Assembly: GCA_964016885.1 (NCBI GenBank)
Contig: OZ024752.1
Location: forward strand, 40,548,001 to 40,612,000
Length of the DNA stretch: 64,000 bases
Direction: 5' to 3'
From: Eledone cirrhosa
Taxonomy: Eukaryota
Each line of letters starts with the position of its first letter. Position 1 is the first letter of the stretch. The position numbers and the translations under genes are program-made. Shown piece by piece: positions 12,701 to 26,100 of this stretch. The notes under the pieces are model-generated. The model searched no databases. It was not told the origin of the DNA and saw only the letters and a program-made list of their open reading frames with translations.

Positions 12701-15700
12701 TTAATTTTTAGAATAATCAAGAGTTTGGGTGAATTTTTGTAGTATAAATAATCTAAAAATATTATGAAGCTGTTTGTAACATAACAAAATTTATTTTGAG
12801 GGTTGTTTCAAAAGTTCATAGTCTGACCAAGATATTCTCATGGAATGACCAAATGAGGTTTAATTTTCAACATAGTCTCTGGAAAGAGACAATGCAGTTA
12901 TTAATAAGAAGAGTTGAAATTAATGCATGCAAGATTTCACAGCTCTAGCATCACTCCTTCATAGGCTGACCAAGATACCCTCATGTAATGACCAAATGAG
13001 GTTTATGTTTCAACATAGTCCGTAGAAAAAACAGTTATTAATAAGAAGAGTTGAAATTAATGCATGCAACATTTCACAGCTCTAGCACCACTCCTTCATA
13101 GTCAGGCTATGAATTTTTCAGCCGATCTCTGTATGATGAAAAGTTTTAATCTAAATATAACTACAAATAGTTTGGTATCAAAAGAGTTAATTTAATTTTC
13201 CATCAGATGTATCTTTATTATTTTAGTAGTTGTTGTATTTGTTGTATTTTACTGTGTTTGGAGCTTTCAACGTTGACTTTCTCTCCTTTTAAACCTCTAG
13301 GAATGGAGCAAAAGTTGGGTCATGGTGTCAGGAAAAGATTTAACATATCTAACAAAAGTAAGTCTAACCTTTTAGCATTTAACCCTTTAGCATTTAAACT
13401 GACCATATCCGCCCACAATTCTCTCACCTGTCTGTTTTAACCAGCTGTAACTAGCTGCTCATACTTATGTTAAGGTATTGTTCTCAAAATAAATAACATC
13501 AAAATCTCATAGATTAGATATTATTTGAGATAATTATGTAAGATAAAGCTGTTACCACAAAAATACAGTAGTAAATATAGAGTAGTGTAAATGCCAGCCA
13601 TATCCGACAAAATTCTGGCCATACTGGGCTATGTAGGGCCGAGGTATTAGATTAGATCATCCCGCCATTTTGCCTTTGGCCACCCTCTAGTTCTTTTTCA
13701 CTGCCTAAAAACAGGCTTGTTAATTCAAATGTTTATAATTATATTTTTTATAGAATATATAATTATATTTTTTATAGAATATATAATTATATTTTTTATA
13801 GAATATATAATTATATTTTTTATAGAATATATAATTATATTTTTTATAGAATATATAATTATATTCTTTATAGAATATATAATTATATTCTTTATAGAAT
13901 ATATAATTATATTTTTTATAGAATATATAATTATATTCTTTATAGAATATATAATTATATTCTTTATAGAATATATAATTATATTCTTTATAGAATATAT
14001 AATTATATTTTTTATAGAATATATAATTATATTTTTTATAGAATATATAATTATATTCTTTATAGAATATATAATTATATTTTTTATAGAATATATAATT
14101 ATATTCTTTATAGAATATATAATTATATTCTTTATAGAATATATAATTATATTTTTTATAGAATATATAATTATATTCTTTATAGAATATATAATTATAT
14201 TCTTTATAGAATATATAATTATATTCTTTATAGAATATATAATTATATTCTTTATAGAATATATAATTATATTTTTTATAGAATATATAATTATATTTTT
14301 TATAGAATATATAATTATATTCTTTATAGAATATATAATTATATATAGAATATATAATCATATAGAATATATAATTATATTCTTTATAGAATATATAATC
14401 ATATAGAATATATAATTATATTCTTTATAGAATATATAATCATATAGAATATATAATTATATTCTTTATAGAATATATAATTATATATAGAATATATAAT
14501 CATATAGAATATATAATTATATTCTTTATAGAATATATAATCATATAGAATATATAATTATATTCTTTATAGAATATATAATCATATAGAATATATAATT
14601 ATATTCTTTATAGAATATAATTATATAGAATATATAATCATATAGAATATATAATTATATTCTTTATAGAATATAATTATATATAGAATATATAATCATA
14701 TAGAATATATAATTATATTCTTTATAGAATATAATTATATATAGAATATATAATCATATAGAATATATAATTATATTCTTTATAGAATATATAATCATAT
14801 AGAATATATAATTATATTCTTTATAGAATATATAATTATATATAGAATATATAATCATATAGAATATATAATTATATTCTTTATAGAATATATAATCATA
14901 TAGAATATATAATTATATTCTTTATAGAATATATAATCATATAGAATATATAATTATATTCTTTATAGAATATAATTATATAGAATATATAATCATATAG
15001 AATATATAATTATATTCTTTATAGAATATAATTATATAGAATATATAATCATATAGAATATATAATTATATTCTTTATAGAATATAATTATATATAGAAT
15101 ATATAATTATATTCTTTATAGAATATAATTATATATAGAATATATAATCATATAGAATATATAATTATATTCTTTATAGAATATATAATAATTATGTCTG
15201 AATTATATTAATATTGCAGGAAAAGACATGGGAACATCTAGACCTAAGGAAAACTATTAAAATGTGTAAGTGTAATGTTCTTACTTTTGTTCATGCAACA
15301 TTATTTAATTATGTTAATTTATTTTTTTTAATAAGGCAGAAAATAAATCGATAGAGTCATTAGAACATTGGATAGAATGCTTTGCAGTATTTGTTCCGAC
15401 TCTCTGCTCTCTCGGGTCAAATCCTGCTGATGTCAACTTTGCCTTTTATCCATTCGAGGTCAATAAAGAATTACCAGTCAAATACTGGGGTTGATTCTTC
15501 CTCTATATCTCTGTCTCACTTCCATTCTCTCACTATATCTTTCTTTCTTACATCCTCCTCTACCTCCTTTTTGTCCTCCCCCTCCTCCCCTACCTCCTTC
15601 TTGTCCTCCTCCTCCTCCTCTACCTCCTTCTTGTCCTCCTCCTCCTCTACCTCCTTCTTGTCCTCCCCCTCCTCTACCTCCTTCTTGTCCTCCTCCTCTA

Positions 15701-16275
15701 CCTCCTTCTTGTCCTCCCCCTCCTCTACCTCCTTCTTGTCCTCCACCATCCCCCACCCCACCCCTCCTCCTCCTCCACCACCCCACCCCACCCTCATCCC
15801 CCTCCTCCTCCTCCTCCACCCCCTCCTACAATTCCCCCTCTTCCTCCTCCACCACTCTCATCCTCTTCCCATTGTTCCTCTCTTTCTCTCACATTCTCAG
15901 TTTCTATGAATCAGGTAATCTACTTTTAAACTTACCTTCTCTTCTAATCAGTCAGTTTTTATGACATTTAGTAGGAATTCATTTGCTTTTTTTTCTTCTT
16001 TTATTTCAGCCAAAATTAACATTCCTGATGAAAAGTGTACCAGTTCTATACAAAGCAATGGTCATTGTTTTGTAGCAGTATTTCCTAAAATGTAAGTACC
16101 ATTTGTAATTTCTGGCTACTTACTCCAAACATATCTTCTTTCTTTACATAACTTTCAACACACAAAAGCTTTCGTTCTTTGCCTCATAACTCGACAATCC
16201 GTCTAACCCATGCAGATGTGAAAAATAGGTGTTAAATGATGCTGATGATATATATGTATATGTATTTTAAGTTGT

Positions 16276-16309
<34 letters not shown>

Positions 16310-17102
16310 GTTTGTATATGTATAATAAAGCCAAAACAATGCAGGTATGGACATAGAATAAAGAATGCAAATGCAAAAGATATTGTTGACAATTAGTCTT
16401 TTACCTTAGATTTATTTAAATGTCCTTAATTTTCGAGATAATATCTCTTCTTCAGAGCGAAGTAAAGTTGTCAACCAGTGTTCTAAATTGCTTGCCAAGT
16501 CATGCTGACAGGCTTTATTATACATATACAAACGTTTATACCTCATTACACAATGCTTCAAGTGAACTATAACCTCCTCCTATATATAAATATATATATA
16601 TATAGTTAGAGAAGCAAAAAATTGCTTATTGTGATCCAGTTTTTGGTTAAGAAAGCCAATTTCATGGATGGTTTCAACGTACGGTTAGGGGTAACTCCAC
16701 AAGTTTGTAAGAATTCCGTTCAATCTTGGAGTATAAAGTATAAAAGAGAAAACACAGGTAAGCATTAAGAGACGGATTTTATCCAGGTATTTAAGACCGT
16801 TTCATTGGTAAATGCAACCTAATATTGCTATACTGCAAATAGCAGCCACTCAATTATAATTGCTGTTCACAGTCCAAATTTTCAAAATAGTGAGTAAGTT
16901 ACTCTTGAAATAATTCTTAATATATAGAGAAAAACATTTATTTGGAATTGTATTTACTAGTATAGAGAGAGAGGAATCAGAAGGTGAGAGGACAGACAGA
17001 ATAGTATAGAGAGAGAGGAAGGGGGGAAGAGGTAGGAAGTAGAGTGACAAACTGAGATGGTGGGAGGGGTAGAGGCTTGTTACTCTACTTCCTACCTCTT
17101 CC

Positions 17103-17166
<64 letters not shown>

Positions 17167-20100
17167 CTCCTAATATTTTGCCATCTGTTTATTATAATAT
17201 CATTTTGTTATTGATTTTCAATATGATGTCACTGACACTGTTCATAATAATGTATCTTAATGAATGTTCTAGAGACTAGGAATGTAATTACTTGTTTAAA
17301 CATTGTGTAAGCTCTGATGAATCCAGACAATTATCTGGAAGAAACGATCGTCAGCAATTAAATGTATTAAGCAAATATTTGATTGTTTTATATTCTGTAT
17401 ATATATATATATATTTAAAAAAAAATATTTTCAGAGCTCTTTATTTCCAAGCTGACTTACAGCACGACACTGAACGATTAGCAAATTTGATGCAAAAAGC
17501 AACTGTTGTAAGTTTCTCAATAAATTTAATCTCTCTTGATTTGTGTATGTTTGCTCCATTGGATGTGCAATGTGAATGTCGATGAACAACCAAGCATGGA
17601 TGTGTTGAGAAATAAACTGTGTCTGAGAGGGATAGAATGTAGTGTGCGGGAGAGGAGACTACAGTGGTATGGACATGTGATGCGCATGGATGATGACCGA
17701 TGGGTGAAGAAGTGCCAGGAATTGCCAGTTGAAGGAAGACGTGGTAGAGGTAGACCACGAAAAACATGGGCGGAGGTGGTGAGAACAGACCTCAGATTGC
17801 TGAAGCTCACGGAGGAGATGACGAAGGACCGTGACAAGTGGAGAGATGCTGTGCTGAATAAGACCTGTCCCACCCTTGCAAGCAGGGAAAAGCGGACGTA
17901 GAATGATGATGATGATGATGATGATGCTCGTTCCAAAGAAATCCACTGTATTCAGACCTGGAGAAGAGATGGGCTCAGCCAGGTTTAAAAATGTTCTTGA
18001 GATGCTGTCTGTCAATAAGGTGTTCCTATGACTCCTTCAGGAATTATGTGACCACACATGCATGTTGAGGTACCGAGTTTGTTATAATAAATCATCTGGT
18101 CACACACATTCACATGCTACAGTCTTAACCACACACACCATAGTCTTTACCATATCAACTACCAATCTATTTAGAATAGGAAATGTTAGAACTTGCTGTT
18201 AAATGTTGGTAGTTTTCAGTTTATTTTCATTTCCTGTAATATTTTCCAGACATGCCAACGGTACTTTAGTGCCCAACAATTAACAGCTGATGATATCCCA
18301 GTCATAGTAGATAAATGTATCAAGTTTATTATGACAAATGGTAAGTGCCAATATATTTGTTTGTGTCAGGGGAACATGTTCGGAAGCTTTATAATAATGT
18401 AGTTGCTATTTCTACAACTCAGACCTGTATATGGTTCGCTGATCTCATATGAGGTCACATCTTGGCAAGATGTGACCTCATATAAGCAATATTGTTTAGC
18501 ATGATACGACAAAAAGCACCCAGTCCATACTATAAAGTGATCATGTTGGTGTCATGACGAAATAGTGCCCAGTTCACATTTTAAAGTGGTCGTGTTGGTG
18601 TCATGACAAAAAAAAGCAATGGTTCACTCTGTAAAAGGCCATTTTGGTGCCACGATAAAAGGCAACCAGACCACTCTCTAAATGTTTTTGGCATTAGGAA
18701 GGGCATCCAGCTGTAGAGAGCAAGCCAGAAGCGGTTCTGTGTGAGCAAGACATGGCCATCTGACCCGACATGTCTCACAATGGGACAACCCATCTAACCC
18801 ATGCTAACATGGAAAATGGACATTATACAGTGATGATGATGATGATGATGTATTTATTATTACTACAACTCAGATCTGTATATGTTTAGTGGGTCTCATA
18901 TGAGGTTGCATCTTGTAGGAGGTTTTGGAGTGTTTAATGATAGACTCCCCTTTCTATGATATCATCATTTTATTGGGGACAAGAGGTGGGATTTGAACTG
19001 AGAATGGTCAGAGAGGACTAGAACAGATGCCACAAGGCAGGGATCCCATCCAATATTTCACCAATCCAATGGTCAGAGATGACTAGAACAGATGCCACAA
19101 GGCAGGCATCCCATCCAATATTTCACCAATCCAATGGTCAGAGATGAAAAACAATGTCGGCCTTGTGGCTTAATCAGAAATTATTATAATTCTGCTCAGT
19201 AAGGGCTGATATTGAACCAGGCAACAATAACAGATAGAAACTGAATTGCTTTTACTTTTGGACACATTTGTACTGAACTTTTAAAAATATATCTCTTCCT
19301 AGAATTGTTCTATTTTAATTTGGAAAGTTTTACTGCTAAAGAAACTACTCTTTGTGATTTCTTTTGAATTTAAATAGGATTACAAGAAAGTGGTATTTAT
19401 CGACAAAGTGGTGTTAAGTCTCAAATTGCTAAGCTACTTGAGACGTTCCAAAATGGTAAGTTAATAATATTATTTTCATCTCTATAATTTTCTCTCATAT
19501 TTTGACAGTAAACAAAGAGAAATTAACAAATTTAGTGATATATTGTCTTATTTCAATATAACTGAACATGAATTATATATAAATATATAAATATTAAAAA
19601 GTAAGCAATTTCTGATATATTTCATGCCTAGATAATATATGATAATAGATTTTATAACATTGTAAAGTTAGATAGAAAATCCTAACTATAATAAAGTAAG
19701 GAGTGTGGAACTGCGCCCGAATATATTTTTTTATCCCATTTGTAAAATAAGTTAGATTACTTTTAATATTACATAATTTATCTACTAAATTTCGTAACTC
19801 TTGATTAAATATAAATAATTTTATTGCTTATTTAAAGATTCACTTCTTTAAAATTTTCAAATGTCAACACTTCCGGTTAGCGATTGCTTATATAAACATT
19901 CATATATTTCCGTTGCTAATTTTCTCCTAATGCAGTTTATATATAATATCGTCTATTTTAACGTATCATGGAATACGTTACTGATTACATAAGACAGTGT
20001 AACGCAGTCTTCGTTCAATTTCTGTGTATATTGTCAATTACAATTTTATTTGACATACCATATCTACATGTGTATATATTTGTATATAATATCAATATAC

Positions 20101-23100
20101 ACACTACACATGCTAGCAGAAAGTCACACATAGGGTGGTTTTCTGCTAGTATATTTAAATGAAACATAAGAAAAGGGAAAGGGAAAGAAGAAAAGAGAAT
20201 GAATCAATGAAGGAAAGAGAGAGAGACGGACAAACTATATACCCTAGTCTGAGCAGGTATTTGGCCATACCCAGCAGACAGAATGGTGAAGGTATTGCCA
20301 TAGAGAATGGTTTCTTTAAAAATTAATTATTCACTCTGTTATGTTATTAAAGACTGGGTTTGTGGATTTTTCCTGTGCCATTTTCTGAGCAATGTCTTAT
20401 CACTATGCATTCTGTTAAGTGTTAAAAAATAGTGTTTAACCCTTTAAACCGGCCATATCCGGCCAGAGTTCTCTCACCTCTTTCTGTTCAAACCGGCTGT
20501 AACTGGTTTCTTAAACTTATGTTAAGGTATTCTTCTCAAAATAAGTAATATCAAAATCTGATAGATTCAATATTATGTGGGAGAATTATGTAAGGTAAAG
20601 CCTTTACCATGAAAATACAATAGTATATATAGAGTAATGTAAATGTTATGTGAGATAAAGCCTTTACTGTGAAAATATAATAGTATATAGAGTAATGTAA
20701 ATGCTATGTGAGGTAAAGCCTTTACTGTGAAAATATAATAGTATATATAGGGTAATGTAAATGTTATGTGAGATATTATGTGAGGTAAAGACTTTACTGT
20801 GAAAATATAATAGTATATATAGAGTAATGTAAATGTTATGTGAGGTAAAGCCTTTTCTGTGAAAATATAATAGTATATATAGAGTAATGTAAATGTTATG
20901 TGAGGTAAAGCCTTTTCTGTGAAAATATAATAGTATATATAGAGTAATGTAAATGTTATGTGAGGTAAAGTCTTTACTGTGAAAATATAATAGTATATAT
21001 AGAGTAATGTAAATGTTATGTGAGGTAAAGCCTTTACTGTGAAAATATAATAGTATATATAGAGTAATGTAAATGCTAAAGGGTTAAAAATCATTTTAAA
21101 AAAAAATACTACCAGAATATAGAAAAGTCATTACAATGATGTCAAGAACCTCAACCGATAAAATGATTCGGAAATAAATGTATAAAAAGGCTACCCCTTT
21201 ATATTTCAGATGCCCAAAAAGTGCAACTGGTACTAGACACTAATGCTCTTTCTACTGTCAGTGGCGTTCTAAAGAAGTTCTTTAGGGATATGGACGACCC
21301 ACTTCTAACCCAAGATCTTTATGTGAAATGGATTAAGACAGCAGGTAAGGTGGATTTAGAAATAATAATAATAATAATACTTTAACTAATGGTTGGTGTT
21401 AGGAAGGGCATCCAGCTGTAGAAAACATGCCAGACAGCCCTATACGAGCGAGACATGGTCACCCACCAATCATGCGTCAAGTAGGACAATTCCCGTCTAA
21501 ACCCATGCTAGCGTGGAAGATAGATGTTAACCGATGATGATGATGATGATGATGATGAACAAAAGAAAAAAATCAACATTACCTGATTTTCGTTTTCTTT
21601 TTCTTTTTCTTTTTCTTTTTCTTATTGTTTTCTTCTTTTTCTTTCTTTCTTCTTCTCGTTCTTCTTTTTCTTTTTTCTTCTTTTTCTTCTCCTTCTCGTT
21701 CTTCTTTTTCTTTTTTCTTCTTTTTCTTTTCCTTCTCCTCCTTCTTCTTCTTCCTCTTCTTCTTCTCCTTCTCCCTTTTCTCCTTCTTCTCCTCCTCCTC
21801 CTTCTTCTTCCCATCATCATCATCATCATCATCATCATCATAACTGACATCATCAATGCTATGATTTACATTCTCCCCTTCTTCCTCTTCAGAAACAGAT
21901 GATACTCAGGTGAAGATCACCTGGTACAAATACCTAATTAAGAAATTACCACCTGTCAACCAAACCACCTTGAAGAAGCTCGTCACACACCTGTGGAGGT
22001 AGGTCACCTCCCTTTACTGCTTCTGGTTCGGATACAAACTTTACCATTGTGTATATAGTGTGTGTGTGTGTATATAGTGTGTGTGTATATAGTGTGTGTG
22101 TGTATATAGTGTGTGTGTATATATAGAGGGTGTGTGTGTATATAGTGTGTGTGTGTATATAGTGTGTGTGTGTATATAGTGTGTGTGTGTATATAGTGTG
22201 TGTGTGTATATAGTGTGTGTGTATATAGTGGGTGCATATATATAGTGTGTGTGTATAGTGTGTGCATATATATAGTGTGTGTGTATAGTGTATGTGTGTA
22301 TATAGAGGGTGTGTGTATATATAGTGTGTGTGTGTATATAGTGTGTGTGTATATAGTGTGTGTGTATATATAGTGTGTGTGTGTATATATAGTGTGTGTG
22401 TGTGTGTATATAGTGTGTGTGTATATAGTGTGTGTGTGTATATAGAGGGTGTGTGTGTATATAGTGTGTGTGTGTATATAGTGTGTGTGTGTATATAGTG
22501 TGTGTGTGTATATAGTGTGTGTGTGTATATAGTGTGTGTGTGTATATAGTGGGTGTGTATATATATAGTGTGTGTGTGTATACAGTGGGTGCGTATATAT
22601 AGTGTGTATAGTGGGTGTGTATATATAGTGGGTGCGTATATATAGTGTGGGTGTGTATATATATATAGTGTGTGTGTGTATACAGTGGGTGCGTATATAT
22701 AGTGTGTGTATGTATAGTGGGTGTGTATATAGTGTGTGTGTATATACAGTGTGTGTGTGTATATAGTGGGTGCGTATATATAGTGTGTGTGTAGATAGTG
22801 GGTGCGTATATATAGTGTGTATATATACAATGTGTGTGTATATATACAATGTGTGTGTGTATATATACAATGTGTGTGTATATATATACAATGTGTGTAT
22901 ATATACAATGTGTGTGTGTATATACAATGTGTGTGTGTGTATATATACAATGTATGTGTGTATATATATATATATATATAATGTATGTGTGTGTATACAA
23001 TGTATGTGTGTGTATACAGTGTGTGTGTGTATATAATGTATGTGTGTGTATACAATGTGTGTGTAGATATAATGGATGTGTGTATATATATATAATGTAT

Positions 23101-26100
23101 GTGTGTGTATATAATGTATGTATGTGTGTGTATACAGTGTGTGTATATAATGTATACAATGTGTGTGTATATATAATGTATATGTGTACCTACAATACCA
23201 CATGACACCGTGGCCTGTGTGTTTATTTGTTGTCGTGACCCCTACACGACCTCATTAGTTTGGACTGGATGTTGTCATAGCAACACAACTTTACAGAGAG
23301 AGGGGTGGTGTTGGTGGGAGTGGGAGGATGGAGTAGGGGTAGTGGTTGGGCTGTATGTTTGGATTGGAGGGGCCTACAGTCTGTAGGGTACCTTTGCACG
23401 TAGGGAAGGTGGGTCTTCTCTGTTACTGCGTGGGGCCAAAGATGTCGATCCAGTGACCTTGTCTTAGAGAGGTGCAAGGTCAGACTATGTAAGATGAAGT
23501 CTTTACCACAAAAATAAATAGTAAATATAAAGTACTGTAAATGCTAAAGGGTTAAACTGCATTATATATTATCCCAGTAGCATTGGTACCCTTCATCCTT
23601 ATGTTGGTATCCTGCATACCAAGGTAAGGGGCAGTAGGGTTATTGTCAACTCCTGTAAAATAGAAATGAATAGAACCTCTAGTTACCCTGATAGAATGTG
23701 TTAAAAGACATTAGCTGTTTTAAAACATGCAGATAGCTTCTCCAACAACTATTCTATAATTTTAAATTGTTTATTTATAATACTGTTTCATTTCTGTATC
23801 TTATTACAACAATTTTTTTTAAAACTTCCATTGCAGTGTGGCAGAGAACGAGCATTCAAATAAAATGGGTGTTGACCAGTTAGCAATTGTGTTTGGTCCA
23901 ACCCTTATGTCAGGTGGATCTATCCAAGTAAGTTGATTGTCATACATTTCAGAGAATTAGCTGTAATCATTAAGGTGTCTTTATAATAAAACACAAGAGT
24001 CATATGACAACTACTTTGTGCTAGATTTGTTTGAGAAATGGTAATTTGATATCTTCCTCCCTAACCCAGCAGTGTTGACAAGATGGTTAGTAGTAACATG
24101 GGCAGCTCTCTAAAGCTACCAACCTATGTATCCATCTTTGGACAATAAATACAACAAGATGGTTAGTAGTAACATGGGCAGCTCTCTAAAGCTACCAACC
24201 TATGTATCCATCTTTGGACAATAAATACAACAAGATGGTTAGTAGTAACATGGGCAGCTCTCTAAAGCTACCAACCTATGTATCCATCTTTGGACAATAA
24301 ATACAACAAGATGGTTAGTAGTAACATGGGCAGCTCTCTAAAGCTACCAACCTATGTATCCATCTTTGGACAATAAATACAACAAGATGGTTAGTAGTAA
24401 TATGGGCAGCTATCTAAAGCTACCTACCTATGTATCCATCTTTGGACAATAAATACAAGATGGTTAGTAGTAACATGGGCAGCTATCTAAAGCTACCTAC
24501 CTATGTATCCATCTTTGGACAATAAATACAACAAGATGGTTAGTAGTAACATGGGCAGCTATCTAAAGCTACCTACCTATGTATCCATCTTTGGACAATA
24601 AATACAACAAGATGGTTAGTAGTAACATGGGCAGCTATCTAAAGCTACCTACCTATGTATCCATCTTTGGACAATAAATACAACAAGATGGTTAGTAGTA
24701 ACATGGGCAGCTATCTAAAGCTACCTACCTATGTATCCATCTTTTGACAATAAATACAACAAGATGGTTAGTAGTAACATGGGCAGCTATCTAAAGCTAC
24801 CAACCTATGTATCCATCTTTGGACAATAAATACAACAAGATGGTTAGTAGTAACATGGGCAGCTATCTAAAGCTACCTACCTATGTATCCATCTTTGGAC
24901 AATAAATACAAGATGGTTAGTAGTAACATGGGCAGCTATCTAAAGCTACCTACCTATGTATCCATCTTTGGACAATAAATACAACAAGATGGTTAGTAGT
25001 AACATGGGCAGCTATCTAAAGCTACCTACCTATGTATCCATCTTTGGACAATAAATACAAGATGGTTAGTAGTAACATGGGCAGCTATCTAAAGCTACCA
25101 ACCTATGTATCCATCTTTGGACAATAAATACAACAAGATGGTTAGTAGTAACATGGGCAGCTATCTAAAGCTACCTACCTATGTATCCATCTTTGGACAA
25201 TAAATACAACAAGATGGTTAGTAGTAACATGGGCAGCTATCTAAAGCTACCAACCTATGTATCCATCTTTGGACAATAAATACATCAAGATGGTTAGTAG
25301 TAACATGGGCAGCTCTCTAAAGCTACCAACCTATGTATCCATCTTTGGACAATAAATACAACAAGATGGTTAGTAGTAACATGGGCAGCTATCTAAAGCT
25401 ACCTACCTATGTATCCATCTTTGGACAATAAATACAACAAGATGGTTAGTAGTAACATGGGCAGCTATCTAAAGCTACCTACCTATGTATCCATCTTTGG
25501 ACAATAAATACAAGATGGTTAGTAGTAACATGGGCAGCTATCTAAAGCTACCAACCTATGTATCCATCTTTGGACAATAAATACAAGATGGTTAGTAGTA
25601 ACATGGGCAGCTATCTAAAGCTACCTACCTATGTATCCATCTTTGGACAATAAATACAACAAGATGGTTAGTAGTAACATGGGCAGCTATCTAAAGCTAC
25701 CAACCTATGTATCCATCTTTGGACAATAAATACATCAAGATGGTTAGTAGTAACATGGGCAGCTCTCTAAAGCTACCAACCTATGTATCCATCTTTGGAC
25801 AATAAATACAACAAGATGGTTAGTAGTAACATGGGCAGCTATCTAAAGCTACCTACCTATGTATCCATCTTTGGACAATAAATACAACAAGATGGTTAGT
25901 AGTAACATGGGCAGCTATCTAAAGCTACCTACCTATGTATCCATCTTTGGACAATAAATACAACAAGATGGTTAGTAGTAACATGGGCAGCTATCTAAAG
26001 CTACCAACCTATGTATCCATCTTTGGACAATAAATACAACAAGATGGTTAGTAGTAACATGGGCAGCTATCTAAAGCTACCAACCTATGTATCCATCTTT

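Noticed and set aside
13717-14406. 229-aa hydrophobic ORF
   Set aside because: 24-bp AT satellite inside an intron.
15382-15964. Pro-rich, Gly-rich and Glu-rich ORFs
   Set aside because: CT-rich low-complexity intronic repeat.
16690-16850. Additional hammerheads (GAAACGGTC here; GAAATTTA near 19790; GAAACGCGTC near 61803)
   Set aside because: Only the 3' half is recognisable; no matching CUGANGA or helix I.
21946-23208. His/Thr/Tyr-rich ORFs of ~400 aa
   Set aside because: Compound dinucleotide microsatellite.
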